Virus record (IMG/VR): IMGVR_UViG_3300032272_000045
Span: 1 to 34,890 of that record
Length of the DNA: 34,890 bases
Source: a virus
Lineage: Duplodnaviria; Caudoviricetes
Strand: one strand, 5' to 3'
Shown here: piece by piece, positions 32,595 through 34,890 of the stretch
How the letters are laid out: every line of letters starts with the position of its first letter
Numbering within the stretch: position 1 is the stretch's first letter
Program-made: the position numbers and the translations under genes
The notes under the pieces: generated by a model
What the model saw: only the letters and a program-made list of their open reading frames with translations
The model's database searches: none
What the model was told of the DNA's origin: nothing

Positions 32595-32689
32595 AATTTC
32601 TCCCTTATCCAGTCTATAAATACTATTAAAAACCCTGGAATGTCTTTATCTCTTAATAATGATAGTTTTAAATATAGCCAGTTATTCAT
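32591..32689 (-). CDS. 32-aa peptide
   Basis: Fills the gap with overlaps on both sides. Confidence 0.5.
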   Translation of the reverse strand: MNNWLYLKLSLLRDKDIPGFLIVFIDWIREKL

Positions 32690-32945
32690 TGTTTTCTTGT
32701 TTAAGTAATTCAAGTATTTCGCTCACACAATTTTTATCATTATGGTTACTGTGTTTTCTGACTATCTCTATACAATGCTTATGTGCTTGGGCTTCTACTT
32801 TTTTAATAAGTCTCTCAATAGCCTGATAAGCCTCTATTTTTTCATAACCACCATTTTCTGCTTCTTCTTCTACAAATCTTTTTTCACTAGGCATCATTTC
32901 AAAAATATTATCTAGTTCTTCACTTATTGTTTTATCTATTGGCAT
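32682..32945 (-). CDS. hypothetical protein
   Basis: ORF in the array. Confidence 0.7.
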   Translation of the reverse strand: MPIDKTISEELDNIFEMMPSEKRFVEEEAENGGYEKIEAYQAIERLIKKVEAQAHKHCIEIVRKHSNHNDKNCVSEILELLKQENNE

Positions 32946-32947
32946 AA

Positions 32948-33313
32948 CTAGTCTTTCTTTAAGGTTTTAAGTAATTCATTTCTATTTTTAAATTCAGCAT
33001 AAGACCATAGACCTAGTTCATTGGGTTCTCTACATCCAATTATTAGGTTTTTGTTCCAAGATGGATTTTCACTATCAAACCCTATTTCTTCAATTACTTC
33101 AACCACTTCCTTATCACGTTCTAAGAGGAGTTGTTCAATTTGACCCATTATTATTTTAAAGTGTTTTTCTCCTATTTTATCGGTATCTAAAGTATAATCA
33201 TAAGGAGTTTTGTGTTGTTTTTTACCAGCATCATATCCCTCAAAAATAGCCTTTCTTAAAGCTATTCCTATCCATTTCTTTGATTCTTCTATCTTTTCTC
33301 TTAATTCTTTCAT
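32948..33313 (-). CDS. hypothetical protein
   Basis: ORF in the array. Confidence 0.7.
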   Translation of the reverse strand: MKELREKIEESKKWIGIALRKAIFEGYDAGKKQHKTPYDYTLDTDKIGEKHFKIIMGQIEQLLLERDKEVVEVIEEIGFDSENPSWNKNLIIGCREPNELGLWSYAEFKNRNELLKTLKKD

Positions 33314-33846
33314 AAAAGTCCTTCTTGTTTTCTATTTCCTTGGTGTGTTATTTTTAAATGATCTTCGTGACTTAATACTTGAAGATTTTCTGGTCTATTA
33401 TCATCTTTAATACCATTTATATGGTGAACATCTTCATCTGGTAATAATTCTCTACCTATTGTATTTTCTGCAATTATTCTGTGTTCTGCTTTATAGCCAA
33501 CGCCATCTTTTTTTATTCTTATATATCCCCTACCGTCTTTTATTCTCCCACCTTTCCAATTGGGGTGTTTTTCCATTCTTCTACTCTCAGACATTTTTTT
33601 CCTAGTTTCAAGACTGAGTTTCTTTCCCTTATTTATAGTTCCCAAACCTCTTTCTTTTGCTATCTTACTAAGTTTCTCTTTAAACTCTTTACTTCTTTTT
33701 ATTTTTAATTTTGGATTATTAGTATTAGCAATACTAAGTTTTTTCTTTGTTTCCTCAGAACACTTCCTGTTTTTAATATTAGATCTTGCTTTTTTTAATC
33801 TTTCAATAACAGCTGGAGTAATTTTGTATCCTTTTTTAGCCATCAA
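33310..33846 (-). CDS. HNH homing endonuclease with NUMOD3 repeats
   Basis: SEETKKKLS, SKEFKEKLS, SLETRKKMS; EHRII...VHHINGIKDDNRPENL...H. Confidence 0.93.
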   Translation of the reverse strand: MMAKKGYKITPAVIERLKKARSNIKNRKCSEETKKKLSIANTNNPKLKIKRSKEFKEKLSKIAKERGLGTINKGKKLSLETRKKMSESRRMEKHPNWKGGRIKDGRGYIRIKKDGVGYKAEHRIIAENTIGRELLPDEDVHHINGIKDDNRPENLQVLSHEDHLKITHQGNRKQEGLL

Positions 33847-34279
33847 TTAATCCCTCACTTTTCAAATAAATGTACATTTTGGCTAGTGCGTTAGGTAGTG
33901 ATTCATCTTGTTGGTTTGAAATATGTGGCGTTGAGTAACAAACACTATAATCACTCTCTCCTTTATCAATAAATAATTTGGGATAGTATTCTGGTTCTGA
34001 TGCTGGGTAATTCCACTCAACTGGAACACCAGATTTTTCTATAAGTTTTGTATCATCTACCTCAGATGGCAACTCATTAAGTAGTTCTGTTGCTGTTGGG
34101 GCTGGAAACCACTCAACATTCTTTATGCGTCCACCTTCACACAAAACTCTTATATCTTTGTCTGGATGAATTACAACGCCATAATCTGCCCAATAAAACA
34201 AACTCTCTTGTGGATACCCATTTTTCTTTAACTCTTTAGCTAGTTCTAAACTACACACGATGTATTTTAATTCTTTCAT
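33836..34279 (-). CDS. conserved phage hypothetical protein
   Basis: VCSLELAKELKKNGYPQESLFYW...APTATELLNELP...ALAKMYIYL. Confidence 0.8.
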   Translation of the reverse strand: MKELKYIVCSLELAKELKKNGYPQESLFYWADYGVVIHPDKDIRVLCEGGRIKNVEWFPAPTATELLNELPSEVDDTKLIEKSGVPVEWNYPASEPEYYPKLFIDKGESDYSVCYSTPHISNQQDESLPNALAKMYIYLKSEGLIDG

Positions 34280-34473
34280 TACTGTTTATCCTTAACTAGA
34301 ACACTTAACAATGCTTTTCTATTTGATCTCTGACTATTTAAGATCTTTATTGTTTTTTTTACTGTTCTAATGTCTACTCTTATATCACTTAGTTTTTTAG
34401 TATGTTGTTCTTTTTTATAATTTAACTTTAATAAAGAATCTTCTAATATTTGAATAGCTTTGTTAATTTTCAT
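34279..34473 (-). CDS. basic coiled-coil hypothetical protein
   Basis: SD and start are supplied by the inverted repeat. Confidence 0.7.
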   Translation of the reverse strand: MKINKAIQILEDSLLKLNYKKEQHTKKLSDIRVDIRTVKKTIKILNSQRSNRKALLSVLVKDKQ

Positions 34474-34553
34474 ATTACTTTCCTTTAAATAAATTTATAA
34501 TACTATCTATGAACTCTTTAGCCTTGTTATTTTCGGCTTTAGCTTCTTTATTA
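34468..34553. repeat. 86-bp perfect inverted repeat, copy 2
   Basis: Exact reverse complement of 31380-31465. Confidence 0.95.
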
Positions 34554-34690
34554 GTTCCCTCATCTAATAAACATTCTCCATGAAAGTTAAATCCTCTATA
34601 TTCAAATACTTCAGAATAATCAAAAGTTCCGTCTCCACAATCAGGGGTTTCTATTCTTTTTTTACAATCTTGGCAAATGATTTCTTTCAT
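34475..34690 (-). CDS. chimeric Zn-ribbon protein carrying the endolysin C-terminus
   Basis: CQDC...HGEC, then NKEAKAENNKAKEFIDSIINLFKGK, identical to the endolysin end. Confidence 0.75.
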   Translation of the reverse strand: MKEIICQDCKKRIETPDCGDGTFDYSEVFEYRGFNFHGECLLDEGTNKEAKAENNKAKEFIDSIINLFKGK

Positions 34691-34845
34691 TGCTGTTTAT
34701 CCTTTAAATACTTTTTAAAAATCCACTCCAACACACTCACTACTAACAACAATAGACCCATCATAATTGCCATAGATATGAGAACAAACAATAATTCAAC
34801 CACGTGCATATTACATATAGTCATTAAAATATTTCCAACTGTCAT
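34687..34845 (-). CDS. 52-aa membrane protein
   Basis: MTVGNILMTICNMHVVELLFVLISMAIMMGLLLLVVSVLEWIFKKYLKDKQQ; spans the circular join. Confidence 0.65.
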   Translation of the reverse strand: MTVGNILMTICNMHVVELLFVLISMAIMMGLLLLVVSVLEWIFKKYLKDKQQ

Positions 34846-34890
34846 ATCATTTATCCTTTAAGTTAAATCCACAATTCATACATTTTTTAA
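34764..34890. repeat. 127-bp terminal direct repeat (copy 2)
   Basis: Identical to 1-127. Confidence 0.95.

Noticed and set aside
1274-34861. Opposite-strand or alternate-frame ORFs in the track (e.g. 1274+, 4778+, 5419+, 7488-, 13612-, 18006-, 22691+, 24140-, 27647-, 31230-, 33560+, 34580+)
   Set aside because: They are shadows of well-supported genes, without SD/promoter support or recognisable motifs.
34764-34890. 127-bp terminal repeat as a biological DTR
   Set aside because: The length equals a common assembly k-mer and the repeat cuts through an ORF. It shows circularity, not packaging ends.
1-34890. Stop-codon reassignment (code 15 or 25)
   Set aside because: Core genes are full length in code 11, and TAA, TAG and TGA all end genes at tight junctions.
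1-34890. Prophage or integrative element
   Set aside because: No integrase, att-like tRNA fragment or host flanking genes, and the sequence closes on itself.

Overview
This is a complete circular genome of an AT-rich tailed dsDNA phage. The unique length is 34,763 bp; the last 127 nt repeat the first 127 nt, which looks like an assembly overlap. The morphogenesis module is podovirus-like: terS-terL-portal-scaffold-capsid-adaptor-nozzle-fibre, then three internal/ejection proteins and a lysis block. Translation uses the standard code. I recognise no integrase, CI-like repressor, polymerase, primase, helicase or replication initiator. Small 'early' genes lie on a leftward arm (about 31.9 kb through the join to 6.9 kb) and a rightward arm (7.2-11 kb). 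A CPR/Patescibacteria-type host is a weak inference. Five things stand out. (1) A 1.3-kb mostly non-coding block (5901-7200) holds five separate structured-RNA candidates; the last is a pseudoknotted ~340-nt RNA abutting an HNH nuclease gene, at the position where replication genes would be expected. (2) A stand-alone sigma-70 region-4 protein is accompanied by four exactly spaced late-promoter candidates, AGTAAAG-N18-(T/G)A(T/A)AAT. (3) Gene-junction repeats are pervasive, including a perfect 86-bp inverted repeat that gives two unrelated genes the same C-terminus. (4) A hidden antisense leaderless membrane peptide lies inside an ejection gene. (5) A 59-aa protein has exact PHD-finger C4HC3 spacing. 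All calls were made by eye; no database searches or folding programs were run.
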